Below, one piece after another: positions 13,084 to 26,031 of a DNA stretch of 64,000 bases. Under the pieces are notes generated by a model. It searched no databases and had not been told where the DNA came from. It was given only the letters and a program-made list of their open reading frames with translations. The position numbers were made by a program, and so were the translations under genes. The stretch is from Eremomyces bilateralis CBS 781.70. Lineage: Eukaryota. The stretch lies in NCBI GenBank assembly GCA_010015585.1, contig ML975158.1, one strand, 5' to 3'. How positions within the stretch are numbered: position 1 is the stretch's first letter; every line of letters starts with the position of its first letter.

Positions 13084-13367
13084 CATACTGGGGAGTGGGG
13101 ACGTATCAAGTATAGACGATGGAGGTCCTGTGTTAATGAATTATGATGGGCCAACTCGCAACTAGGAACTACAAACAAGCATTCCGTATTCTGTAACCGT
13201 GAACATGTAAACTAACAAGTAACCACTCATAAGCGGGGAGGTGGCGACTTGGTTCAATCGTTTAAGCCTTCGTTGTTAGAACCGGCGTTGAACGGCTCCT
13301 TCGCTTGGCTGTTCTAGTCTGTCCTCCGGCGCTCCTCCGGCTTTTCCCTCCTATTCTTCCATGTATT

Positions 13368-13418
13368 CCCCAATTTCCCCCAATTTCCCCCAATTTCCCC
13401 CAATTTCCCCCAATCCCC
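13368..13418. repeat. 10-bp minisatellite (CAATTTCCCC)x4 plus partial units
   Basis: Four perfect units at 13371-13410 with truncated units on both sides. Confidence 0.95.
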
Positions 13419-14457
13419 AGGTTCCCTTCTTTGTTCCGTATTACTTCGTCCTCTATTTCCCGGTAAACTCATTAAGCGCGCCAGGGGTCCTTGGGGCCCA
13501 ACTCCAGGCAATTTGGCCATCAATACGGGATATGTGCCGTGTATCCTCATTCCTCATTCCTCTATAACAGTCCTCCTCGCGTCAATCAAGATTCAAGACC
13601 CATCCCATATATCCACCACTCATGCGATACTGCAATGCAATACAACCATCCTGCCCAATGACACAATCGCAATTACGATCTGCCCGAACACTTCCCACCA
13701 GCTAGAACTCCAGAAGCCCTGAATCACTAGGTCCCGCAATGGTTGAATGTTTCCCAATTGGCCGTGTGTCCGTGTTGCCACTGCGACAGATCGTTTCCCC
13801 ATCTAAAACAAAGGGCTAACCGTGATACGAATGGGTTCATCAAAAATCCAAGGTTCAAGACATGGGGTTGTCGGGGGTTGGAGTGGGTCGTTCCTTTGTC
13901 ACATTTTCTCCCATAGTGGGCATTTTGAACCACCTTCTCGCATCTCGACCACATGCATCCCGCATGTGGTTGTCCCGGAGCGATCGTTCCATTTTTTGCC
14001 CTAATTGGCACCCACTGCTAATGCGTCTGAATTGGCCATCGCGCATGATAGTCACTCAACGGTGGAAGAGATATGGTTAGTCCATCAGTGGCGCACCCTT
14101 GGGAGGGGGGTCAGAGCGCCTCCATATTCCTTCATAATGCTTCTTTTCGTTGCACGAGGCAGAAAGTTCCATGGGTCTACCCATGCGACGCCTCCTCCAC
14201 GCTTAACATGTGCTTTTGCGGATCATTTTTATACTCATTTCCATCCCTTTGTCACCACAAGGTCGTTCTGTTCATATCACCCTCCCGATTCCGCGTTCCA
14301 GGTTGAAGTGACGTTGGACCTCCTTGGTCACTTATTTCCCTTCTGAGCCTCTCATTCCTCTCCGGACCTTTGACCTTAGCTTTGACCTTGGCTTACATTG
14401 CTACTGGTCTCGTCGAGTCAATTTCATTTGCCTTACTGCTGTGCGGGAGGCTTCAAC

Positions 14458-15637
14458 ATGGCTGCCGATAAACTGAAACCCGAGACGGTCGAGCAGGAAA
14501 ACGGTGGATATGATACTTACGGATCGAAGCCCAGCGCTGGGCAGAGGGTGAAAGCCCATCTTAAGAGACGGTGGTGGGTGCATCTGATCATCTTCCTCCT
14601 TATCGTATTGCTTGTGGTCCTCTTAATGTAAGTACAATTTTGAAATCCGAGGAACTAGGACATGCAAGCTCTAACTCCCCGGTGACCAGAATCTTCGTCG
14701 CCTTTCCTAAAATCGCTCAAAAGGAAGTCAACAAGGCCGAGGTCGTGTTGGTATCCGAAGTCGTCACTGACCCTACGCCTGATTCGGTCCAATTGAAGCT
14801 GGTGTCTCGGGTGTTGAGTGATAGCAAGTATCATCCGAAAATCGACGCCTTCGAGGCTGCGCTTTATCTGGAGGACACACTCCCTGATATCATTCCCTTC
14901 GTCTACGTCACCATCCCGGAAATGATTAGCAAGAGTGACGTGACCGCGGTCGTCGAACAGCGTGTCACTATTGCGAACCAGGAGCAGTTTGCCCGCTACA
15001 ACAAGTTGGCCTTGGCGAGTGAAAAGTTTAACATTGGTCTTCAAGGGAGGCCAAAGATCCACGTCGGAAAATTGCCGGTCACAACCGTCGATTTCAACAA
15101 AATCGTAGAAAGCAAAGGTTAGCATCTTATCCCTTTACGCCCTTGTTGTTGAAAGATCTGGGCACACTAACTCTAACAACAGGCCTCAACGGACTCGCCG
15201 GTTTTAAGATTGAGAGCTTCGAAATCAAGCTCCCTGCTGAACCTGATGGAAGCAACATGGTCGGCACCGTTTTCATCCCGAACCCTTCACCCCTCGACTT
15301 CACAATGGGCGATGTCACCTTGGACATCTTTGTGGCTGGCAAGCTCATCGGGAACTCCACCCTTGCCAATCTCCATATCGCTCCTGGCGAGAATCGCCTC
15401 CCCCTTCGTTCTATTGTGGAGCAAACCGAAGTTATCTCCTTGGTTACCAGCACGTACCAGGACGGTATGCTTCCGGTCGACATCGTTGGCAGAAGCGCTG
15501 TAGACAAAGACGGCCAACATCTCACGTACTTCGAGGAGGCTTTGAAAGGAAATTCCATGCATACCGAACTCAATGTGGGCGAAGCCCTAACGAAGATGGG
15601 CATCGACCTAAACGCATTGACAAGTGGCTCGGGCTGA
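14458..15637 (+). CDS. DUF3712-family single-pass membrane protein; 2 introns
   Basis: KAHLKRRWWVHLIIFLL.. TM, then FPKIAQKEVN, KG/LNGLAGF, DGSNMVGTVFIPNPS..TMGDVT; introns ~14628-14689 and ~15118-15182. Confidence 0.8.
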
Positions 15638-16868
15638 TTGGTTGGCTCGATTCGCGTGTCTGCTAGGCAAGTGCCGAGATCATGTGCATTCCACGATGTT
15701 GCAAAGATCTCCACGCAGACGTTGACAATCGGATACCCCCTGGCAGAATGCAGATGTGTGACTGCAAGCCGACCTGGCCTTCTTTTCGTCAATCTCTTAT
15801 TCGTCTCTACTTTCTCAATCTGACAATGCCCTGTTTGGCACCGAGTGCCTGCAGGAACCTTTCGTGGACCGAGGATTATCTTGGACTAATGTCTGGCTCA
15901 TATCCATGGCATGGATAATTTCCCCAAAGCTGTTTAAGGGGGTCACATGGCCTGCCCTACGTTTTGGTTTCCAGTTAGAACCTCTTCATGTCTCAACTAC
16001 GCCGATGGTCTTTGTGAATCGCATGAAACTGAAGAAATCTCTAGGGTACATTGGAAGGCCAGCATGTTGGGCGGAGACACTGTACAATACCCCTAGTCTT
16101 GTATCGAGGCTTTGTCTGCTAGTTTTTATAGGGCGGGGTGGGAGGACCAATGGGGGGAAAGGAATATTATGATACCTGGAATTGCAATTCACTTAAATCA
16201 TTTTACCGTTCCTGAGCATCGGGTCTCCCTACGCACCTAGTGTCGGAAATTTGACTGGAGCATTCGCATTCGATAGCTTCAATCACCAGGCATCCCTTTA
16301 GAGAGGAAGACGGAGGCGTGCTTGAGATTGAGGTCCCAGTTTTGGGTACGTTAAGGCTTTCAGCAGGAAATTAGACCAGGGTGATATTCCTGGTAATGGT
16401 ACAAAAGTTCACAATTGCCTCTATCCCCTTGATAGAATGGTGAACAATCAATTCATGGACTGGTATCACTGAGTGCTGAGTCGATTTTTGCTACAATGTG
16501 TATAGACCCGAAGCAACGGGAGCTAGCTGGGACTTTCCAATTATCACCTGCATGGTCCTTACATAGCACCGGTACATCCCCACGAGGTCACCCGGCTTGT
16601 TGCCACTGAAATATAGAAATATGAAAGACCAATATGCAAGGTTGATGCAAACAAGGATGGCGAATCCAAAGCACGTGACTGGCAATGACTAAGCTATAAG
16701 CAGACCGCACCCAGGACGCTGATTGGTTCAACGGTTGAAGGTTGTTCCGTCACATGGATTGAGTCATTCGCTTTCGTGACGTTTCTCATCGCTTGCCTCT
16801 TCTCGAGAACATTTCAAACTTGGCTGGAATCCAACATCACATTCCAACCTCCTCCAACACACATTACC

Positions 16869-17900
16869 ATGGCCGACACAACTACAGAACGGCCGAAGCG
16901 GAAATCGGTCGCATTCAGCGAAGGTGCCACCATTGTCGATACGGACGGCCAAGTCACCGAAATGAACGGACATACCGAGAAGACCACCGCCGAGAGCCAC
17001 TCCCACCCCAGCCCGAGCTCCAACCCGACAGTTCCAAACGGTGCTGCCGGTGATGGGGAAGTGGACGAGGTTACTGCGATGATGGCAGGACTGGCCAAGA
17101 AGAAGAAGAAGAAGTCCAGCAAATCCAAGGAAGGCGTTGAAGCGGACGGCGAGAAGGCCGAGAATAACGGCGAATTTGACCCCAGCGCGCTCAAGAAGAA
17201 AAAGAAGAAGAAGAAGGCGGTCGACGCTGATGACTTTGAGGCAAAGCTAGCTGAAGCCGATGCCGGTGACAAAGGTGGCGAGGAGAAGGTCAGCGCAAAA
17301 CCCCCAGCGGAGGAGCAGACCGGCGATTTCGAACAGGGCACCGGTATCTGGGCTCACGATGCGAAGACTCCAGTTGTCTACAGCCTCCTATTATCGAGAT
17401 TCTTCACTCAGCTGCAGTCACACCATCCCGATCTCTTCTCCAGCGGTCACAAGAGCTACAAGATTCCTCCCCCGCAATGTCTGCGTGAAGGCAACAAGAA
17501 GACTATCTTTGCCAACATTTCCGAGATTTGTAAACGAATGAAGAGAACGGATGAACACGTCATTCAATTCTTGTTCGCTGAATTGGGTACCAATGGCAGT
17601 GTTGATGGAAGCCGTCGACTGGTCATCAAGGGGCGATTCCAACAAAAACAGATCGAGAACGTCCTTCGAAGATATATCGGTAAGTGTGGTTTGACCTGTT
17701 ACAACGGATATGAGGCTAACCATTGACTAGTGGAATACGTGACATGCAAGACCTGCAGATCTCCAGACACGGAGTTGGTCAAGGGGGAGAATCGGTTGAG
17801 TTTCATCACTTGCAACTCATGTGGCAGCAGGCGCAGTGTGACTGCGATCAAGACAGGTTTCTCTGCCCAAGTTGGGAAACGCCGACGCCAGCGAGCATAA
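16869..17900 (+). CDS. SUI3: Translation initiation factor eIF2 beta subunit; 1 intron
   Basis: Poly-lysine boxes, [62 protein letters not shown] zinc finger; intron 17680-17730. Confidence 0.96.
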
Positions 17901-18110
17901 GTGTGCGCATCAATACTTGCCATTCACACTCGCCTTCGTACAAATTGATGGTCACTGGGAGTTTTCATTCTCTGGGTTGCATAGGAGGTTTACACGGGCC
18001 ACACAGTCTACAGGGCCGAAGCAATGATGTATATTCAGCTTCTATCCTTACTGGAGCGCTCGTCTAGTAGTATGACACGTCCATGAGGGCAACACAGGAA
18101 TATAATCCCA

Positions 18111-18960
18111 TCAATCATCCAAGTCGCTACAAACTGCAACGAGACTGAAGTCCATCCGCCCCATCTTTTTTCCGACATCCAGGAAATCTCTTGCCCCTAT
18201 ATTCAGGGCCTTCTCGCTGAGTGCATCCTGACCCTTCACCAATTCTCCCCTCTTTACCGGTCCATTCATACCACCGTTCATTTCCCATAGCCCACCATCA
18301 CTTCCTTTCACGAAGGTCACGAAATGATGACCGAACTCCACGACTGCCACCGGGGCTTCCGTATCACCCAGCCTTGCAGACTCTTGATGTGCCCGTTCTA
18401 ATGCCTCGCTGTTGTGCAATAGATGGGCACGCTCCCCCGCCTTCAGTGGCTCAGCATCCTCAACCAGTTTGCTAAGGAGAGATCCTGGTAGGATCATCGA
18501 TCGCAGTGGTCCGTTCGTGAGAGCATGGAGGAGACTGTGCAAGCCACATGCATTTCCGATGGTTTGTCGAAACCACATTACGGGTTCAGACGAGCCTGAC
18601 CCAGTATACTCGGGGATTGTAGACTCGAACTCATCGCGGGCAGCATGGTAGACTGGCGCAGGCACCATTATTATGAGGGCGTGACACGGTCGAGGGATAT
18701 GTGCTAGGAAATCCCGGTCAAGGGACAGGACATCGTGGAAAGTGATACGGTCCGATACACCCAGTCGAGCAGCAAGGCCACTCAGGACCTCAGGGTTATT
18801 CTCTTGAGAATGGAGGTTAGTAAGGAACTCTCTATGTTGAGACACTGCCATGTTGAGACACTCCGTTGAGACCAAGTGGGTGCGAACTGGGCTATTACTC
18901 ACCTAAAGCAATCAACACTTTCTTCCCCGATTCATCTATCACGGTGTCTGGGTCCGCCAT
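18111..18960 (-). CDS. Ubiquitin C-terminal hydrolase, peptidase C12 (UCH-L3/Yuh1-like); 1 intron
   Basis: Spliced IAL/ENNPEV, FHDVLSLD, WFRQTIGNACG, HHFVTFV, LWEMNGG; intron 18803-18902. Confidence 0.88.
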
Positions 18961-19678
18961 TTCATGGAAAACAGCAAGCCCGGTCAGTACTTGCGAGTAG
19001 TTTCTTCCTAGTGCGTAAGCACTATCAAGTGAACTTGGTGGGTAAGGTGTGATGCTGGTTTTGTTGCGCAATAATCGGTCGAGATGGGTTTACAACTTCA
19101 CATTATTAATACATTGTCGATGGACAAGCACCTTGCAGGTACCTACCACGCCCGGTTTTAGATATCGCTACATCAGTAAGTATTATTAGCTGTTGCATGT
19201 GTCAAAACAGACTGCTCCTGAGCTCCTCCCATTGCTGCCTGGGAGATGCTTCATTCATATCGGCCACTCCAACAGCTCTCCATGTATTTTTGGCATAGCC
19301 TCAATTGCCAATCCCGTGGGCGCTTCTAGGCTCTCCCACCATCCAATAATGAGCAAGGTATGGATCAACAGCGAGTCCCTGGCGCGAGTGGCGTCTGTAG
19401 ACTGTATTCATTTGAGTAGCACAGGCGATACCCCGCCAGCCGCTGGGGGAGAAATGTCCGCCGTGAAGCGATACCGTTTGGAGGTCTCTGGTCCTCTCTA
19501 TCGTCTCATGCGCTACGCTCTCGAGCCGACTCCTGCATTCTATGTTTCCTCCGTTGACTTAAAGATACGATCATCTGCCGTGGATTCGCGGTGCATCCAT
19601 ATTTTCGAGTCCATCCTCGACAGGATATCCTTAAGCTCGACACCGTGATACCGTGCTCTTCCCAACCGAATTGGCAGA

Positions 19679-21000
19679 ATGTCCGGACAATATTACCCTC
19701 GTGAGTTGATTCCCGCCTGAACCAAGTCAGGAGGATTTAAGGATTGACAACATCACAGCGCCCCCGGAGAAGGGTGGTTATACCCAAGGTGTGCAATTCG
19801 ACACGTTTGTTGGGCATGAACCGTTCCACTAACTCTCGTGAAAGACCTTCCCCACCACCCGGCCCCTCAGCAGCAATTCTCGCCTCCTCCTCAAGCACCT
19901 CCGGGTCAACAGCAGCAATACTATCCTCCCCCTCCTCCTTCTTCTGGAGGACATCCTCCTCCAGGCTATCCTCCTCCTCCGAACCAACCTCCACAGCAAC
20001 AGTACGGTGAAAAGGCGCCCGGAGGGTATGCCTCCCCTCCACCCCATCAGCAGTATGGCGCACCTCCTCCCCAAGCGACGCATCCGGGCCACACTCCATC
20101 CCCTGTTCCGGTTGCTCAACCACCGCAGTCGCAGCAGGCGCCCATGAACATGAATGCACCAGGGGCGATGCCAGGAGGGGCGCCACCCGCTCAGCATTTT
20201 GTCGGTGCACATACAAACCAGGATGACGTTGGAACTTTCAATGGAGGGAGCTATCGAATCAGTCACCGGGACACGAACTCCATCTTGACACTCCAGCTTG
20301 CCATGGGGTGTCCTTTGACGGCAAAGCCAGGCGCCATGATTGCTATGTCGCCAACCCTGACTCTCAAGGGCGATGTGAGCTTTAGCATGAAGAAGCTGAT
20401 CGTGGGCGGCTCTATGACATCCTCACAGTATACCGGTCCGGGTGAACTGCTCTTATGTGGTCCCGCGCTCGGCGACATCACTAATATTCGCTTGAACGGC
20501 AACGAGCAGTGGAGCGTCGGCAAAGATGCATTCCTTGCCTGCACCCAGGGTGTTATCAAGGAGTATAAGAGTCAGGGGTTCACCAAGGCTATGTTCTCAG
20601 GCGAGGGTCTTTTCGTCTTCAAGATCTCAGGAAACGGCATAATGTGGATTACAAGCTTCGGAGCGATTGTCAGGAAAGACGTCAGTGATATCTACCTCTA
20701 CCGAGACGATGCGCTAACGGAACGACAGCTACAAAACGGGGAAAAATATATCGTCGACAACGGGCATCTGGTAGCCTGGAACTGCAAGTATGTACTTGAG
20801 CGTGTTGCCAGCGGCGGCCTCATCTCTGGAATGGCGTCAGCGGAAGGCTTGGTTTGCAAGTTCACCGGTATGTCATGGTACAAGAGGACGCAAGCAGCAT
20901 CGACTAAACTTTCTCAGGCCCTGGATCGATCTTCTTCCAGACAAGGAATCCTCAAGCGTTCGCTGCTTATGTTACCGCCAATTCAGCGGGAGCCCAGTAA
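19679..21000 (+). CDS. AIM24/DUF124-family protein with a Pro/Gln-rich N-terminus; 4 introns
   Basis: [68 protein letters not shown]...QTRNP. Confidence 0.88.
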
Positions 21001-21584
21001 CCTCGAACCGGAAGTTCATAATGTCTTTGTGCGTGCAATGCTTATGTTTTCAAATTGAATGTGGATGTCCCGTTATCCTTCTCTGACGTTATATGTTTGT
21101 CAGCAAGCAGCGGCGCTGTCTGTCCAATGAACCTCTCTTAGCTACTGGTACTTTGTCGAAAGTTTTCAGTTTCTCGCTTGCCTTCCAACAAACCGTTCTT
21201 TGATCTACCTGTCTGATTTCAATGCCACATCGGGTTCGTCCGGTATGTCTGGCAGTCGGAATGAGCGTATCTGGGACCTCGATTCGTTCAATTAAAAAGG
21301 TTGCCAGCGTCATGATGTGTCCGTTCGATACCAATACGTCGACTCTAACTCAAGGTCGCGAAATTACTCGTGACATCATCTCGATGTGTCAAATGTAATC
21401 GGCAAAGTTCTGATATCCTTGAAAGGAGCCGGAGTGGGATCCTCGGGATGCTAATGGCTTGGCAACTGGCTGTGGGTCCTTGACTTTTGTAGTCGAGCAG
21501 TTCTTCTAAGATTGTAGCATATTCTCTGCACTGAAATCCAACTATGTTCATCTCATGACTCCATTCTAAACAGTCGAGTGCTGC

Positions 21585-22853
21585 TTAAAGTGACTTAAAA
21601 ACATTGAAGCTCCTGGGTGAGTCAGTTGTGCGTTGTATCCGCAGGCTTTAGCAAAGAGGATGACTTACGAACGAGGTCTCGCCGTGGCTGCTGATCCACT
21701 CCACGTCACTTCGAACATAGTCCCTCCGTCCTCGCAGGGACTCCCAAGACTCCAGTTATCAATCCACCCAGGCTCCCAATACATCAAGCCTTTTCCAAGA
21801 CCACGGGGCACACCTTCCAGCACCTGAGCGACCTTCTTCATCCACTGAACCTGTCCGTCGGCGGAGAATGGGATCGATCGGAGACTCGGGGGGATTCGGC
21901 TGGCGCCTTGCGAGCATTTGATCGGCCAATCCGTTTCACTGACTACAATGGTTTTGCCATATTTATTCGCCATGTTGTTCAGAGTGGATTTGAAGTTCTC
22001 GAGGGTAGAATCGGTAGGGTCCCAAAATGGATAATAAGAGACCCCCTGCACATCGACGTTCGACATAGAGAAACCGGCTTTGATGATGCCGTCATAGAAC
22101 CATTCTTGCGTTGACCAGGAGCTGCCGCAGTCAGTTGGGCCGACGCTCAAAACCAAGCCACCTTTGCGAATCAGAAACGGTGACATACTATCCCTCATCC
22201 AAGTGGATCATCACTTTTGCTCGCGAGCCAAACTTGCTGTCTTTGACACCCTCGGATGCCGAAGTAAGCAACTTAGCCAGATTTTTCATCTGGTCATATT
22301 TGCCAGTCGGCCACAGCATACCAGCGCGGACCTCATTGCCAATCGATATGAGGGTGACGTCGACTCCCGCATCATGAAATGCATTCGCAACATCTCTTGT
22401 ATAGCCCTTTAGCGTCGTTACTAGGTCTCCGGTATTCAACTTTGCCCATGCAGCAGGCTTCGTTTGATGACCTGGGTCCGCCCAGGTGTCAGAATAGTGC
22501 AAATTGAGGATCACAGAGAGCCCTGCTGCTGTTGCACGTTTGCCGAGCTTGATGCCATAATCGAGACCGTAATTCCCGTCTGAAGGATTAACCCATCTGC
22601 GATCATATGAATATCATTCCTATTGGCGTTAGGGAGGGATTGCAGACACACGGATCTTGATACTATTGGCACCAGCGTTCTTTGCTATCGATTCCAATGG
22701 TTGTTGATTTCCTTCGAAATCCAAATAGGTCACACCTTTTGACTCTTCAACAAGCACCGACGAGATGTCGAATGTCTTCCAGGTCAACGCAGCCGCAACA
22801 TAATGCGTCCCTAGCAGTATGGAAAGACTGACAATAAAGGAAAGGACACGCAT
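21585..22853 (-). CDS. Secreted GH53 arabinogalactan endo-beta-1,4-galactanase; 3 introns
   Basis: Signal peptide MRVLSFIVSL.., LHYSDTWADPGHQ, SIGNE (acid/base), GVSYYPFW, VSETDWP (nucleophile), YWEPGW. Confidence 0.92.
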
Positions 22854-24173
22854 TTCGACGAAGAAACAGCGAAGAAACAGCGAAGAAACACAGCCAGAGA
22901 AAATAGGTTTGATTTGGTTGTGACATGTCGAACCTTACGGATAGCTGGACGAACCATGTTGTTAATATCATCCATAGTACGCAAAACCCAATCCCGTGTC
23001 GAACTCAATCGCGAAATTGAAAGTTTGATGGTGCGTCAAATTACTATGGTAATTGCGTGTTCACCATCCACCTTTCAACCCACAATCCTGATCGACTAAC
23101 AATTGGGATGACTGACAGCAATCTTCGGTGGTCGAATACTTATAAATTGCCAGGGAGCCAGACATTTGAGAATATGAAGAAAAAGCCTTTAGGGGGATTC
23201 CTTTGAGTGCATCGGGTTTTACGACATTTCGCGATGTGATAGAGGGGTATCGAGCTGACGGAATAATAGGAAAAGCGAACAGGACGAGCCTGAGGGACTA
23301 CCCATTTCGTACAAAAGTAGCCGAATTCAGTTAGGTATAGAGTACAGAATTCCCCTGTCTGTATCCCCGCCGTTCGCCATGACGCCACGTTTCAGAGAAA
23401 TGGCTTTATCCTGCGTACATCAACAATCAAACGCATGATGAAGCGCGCACATCTCGTTTAGGCTTTGGCTATTAATAACGACATGCTGAACGAGTCAACA
23501 AACGCATGATCAAGATGCGATCTGCGACCAAACGAATAAATGCTCCCTGTGCGGAATACGGAATACCTACACCCAGATCCCCCTCGCTAGCCCTTCTCAG
23601 CGGTGCATTGCCGCGCCTCATATGTCAGTCGCCTAGGGCGGGGTAATATTGCGTTTAGCAGTTGAGCTCGTCGCCTCGGAGGAGGACTTGATGACCAGCG
23701 CGAGAATTGAGGAGCCAGGAATCAGGACTCAGCTGCCTGGTACGGTTCTATTGTTACGATTGTGTACAGACATAGATGTTGTCCAGGTGATGGATGTCCA
23801 CTGCTTGTGGAGACCATCTGCCATGGTCTGGTACAACTTACGGAGTACTGCCCGGGAAGAGGAGAGCTCCGTCGAGCCGTCCACTACCAGCGCTTTCGGA
23901 GGGATATCGTTCGTTAGTTCCGCGGTAACATGTGCGCATGGCCTCCCTTTTTATGGCCCTTCCTTTGTAGCCCTTATGCAGTGGGTGTCTGGAGTCTGGC
24001 CTGGCCTGGTCATGCCCGCTGTCCGCATCAACCTTGTTTCGAAGCTGATATACTTAACCATTCGCACGCCCTCTGTATCTCTTACTGTCCTACATTGACT
24101 CGGTACCTCTGCATACCTTTATTATATAACTCCCATTTACATATAGAAGTGCCGTTTCCGAATTTCCAATACA

Positions 24174-24856
24174 ATGGCGGCCCCTGAATCTATCAACATC
24201 AAGGATATTACTGGAAAATGGTCGCTGGTATGCCCCCCATGTCCCTCGATGTTTGTTACCGCCTACTAACACCATGACAGAACAAAACTATCAGTGATGA
24301 CATTGATCCCGTGCTCGCCCTGGTACGCAACCCGGCCACTTCCAGAATCCAGTGGACTAGTGTTAATACGATAATTTAGCAAGGCATCGGCTGGTTGACT
24401 CGCAAAGCTATCGGTCTTGCCGGCCTCACTCTCCACGTCAAGCACTACAAGGACGACGATGCCACGGAGCACATCGACATCGAGCAGATTGCAAGTGGGG
24501 GGATCAAGGGCACCACTGAGCTCCGCACTCTCAACGGTGAATGGCACGACCATAAGGACCACATCTTCGGCTTTGTCAAAGGCACCAGCACGTGGGTCCA
24601 GCTCTCCGAGCTCGACGACAACGACGAAGATGAGGCTTTCCTCAAGGATGGGTGGGATAAGGGAACGCAGGAGATTGGCCTGGTCAAGAACCACGTGGAA
24701 AGCCAAGGTAATGGCTGGGTTGGCCGTCAAACATGGGGTTTTGCGGACATCGACATTGATGGAAAGATCGAGAGGCGCCATACGCGCAGGGTGGTGGTGA
24801 CCAAAGGCAGTGAGGCCAAGAGGATCCGAATGGTATATGACTTTATTTCGCAGTAG
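24174..24856 (+). CDS. Conserved fungal small beta-barrel (lipocalin/FABP-like) protein; 2 introns
   Basis: MAAPESINIKDITGKWSL/NKTISD..DPVLAL/QGIGWLTRKAI..GGIKGTTELRTL..QTWGF..RRHTRRVVV..RMVYDF; canonical GT-AG introns with CTAAC-like branch points. Confidence 0.75.
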
Positions 24857-24947
24857 GTGACTGGACACATAACGAAGAGATAAGAGCTGGTGCGTAGCGG
24901 ACAAATATTGAGACCACTCGCGGAGCTGTCTTGGAACGTGGTAGAAA

Positions 24948-26031
24948 CTAGAAAGCTTCCTCCAGAATCCCATGTTTTGAATGACCAGATCGTCGGACTT
25001 GGATTTGCATACTGTCCAACATCCTCTTCTTTGCATCCTTGTCTCTGATGGTGAGCCCATGAAACGCTCCATGCGTAGTATCGAATTCGAATGGCTTGAT
25101 CGATTTCCATATCGGCCAGATCTCGTCTGGTGAAAGCGGAATCATGTTCGGATATGACCACATGAAACTGTAGCTGTTTGTTCCGGTCGGTCGGTCCTTG
25201 AAGTACAAGCCGGACTATCGAAAGGTCAGTACCAGGTCCAGACCCGTACCAGAGTTTGGTCGTGCCAACCGGAGTAGCCATGACCGTGTCCGCAATAAGC
25301 AACTTATTTTCCCAATGCAGTAGCAAGCTTCCTGGGAAATGCCCGCCGGCCTTGATTGCTGTGACTCCAGGAAGTATAGTCTCTGTCTCTCTGGTGATGA
25401 ACCTTCGTACGTTGTCAGGGTCTTCATCTCGGCAAATCCATTCTTTATCCTCCTCAGCCAAGTAGACTGGACAATTGAACCTTTTGGCCCATTCGAGATG
25501 TGTGGAGTAGTAATGTGGATGTGATATCTGGGGGATTAGCACATCAAATATAAATGCCACCCAAGCAGTCCTTAACTTACCACAATCGCCTTCAGTCCTC
25601 CGATCGAATGTATGAAATCAACCGTCTCTTCGTCAATCAAGGTGATGAGGTCCCAAAGCACATTGCCGCTCGGGGTCTGAAGTAAAATTGCCCTTTGGCC
25701 GATCGCAAACTAGATATCACGGTTGGCCAGGTCCATCTCGACCATCTGGTGCCTTACCTTCGGCCGTGTAGATAGAAATGTGATCTTGCTATCTCCATCA
25801 TCGGCGACAAATTGATTTTCAAAGTCTCCAGCTTTGAGTGATCCCAACGTTGTCCAACTTTGTCCGCTTGGTGGAACGTATTGTCTTGGATCCTTCCTGA
25901 GATGTTAGTTGCGAAAACAAGATCCGTATGATTAATATTACATCACATATCTTGCATGCTGTTAAGTCACTGGTGGTCCCGTATTGGGTTCCACACGCAT
26001 TACAAATGAGAAAGTCTTCACTGTTAGACAT
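24948..26031 (-). CDS. Metallo-beta-lactamase-fold hydrolase with N-terminal CxxC..CxxC; several introns
   Basis: LICNACGTQY..CKICD/DPRQYVP, FAIGQRAILLQTPSGNVLWD, ISHPHYY, GGHFPGSLLLHW, SFMWSYPNMIPL. Confidence 0.85.

Noticed and set aside
16776..16868. In-frame GTG-initiated extension of eIF2-beta
   Set aside because: Looks like a pyrimidine/CA-rich 5' UTR; ATG 16869 has optimal accATGG context.
18828..18875. GTCTCAAC repeated three times in the UCH intron
   Set aside because: Short slippage-type duplication with no structure or unique spacers; not CRISPR-like.
19193..19648. 151-aa ORF between the UCH and AIM24-like genes
   Set aside because: TTG start, no recognisable motif, lies in a divergent promoter region.
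22857..22890. (CGAAGAAACAG)x3 just upstream of the GH53 start
   Set aside because: Simple 5' UTR microsatellite with no evidence of function.
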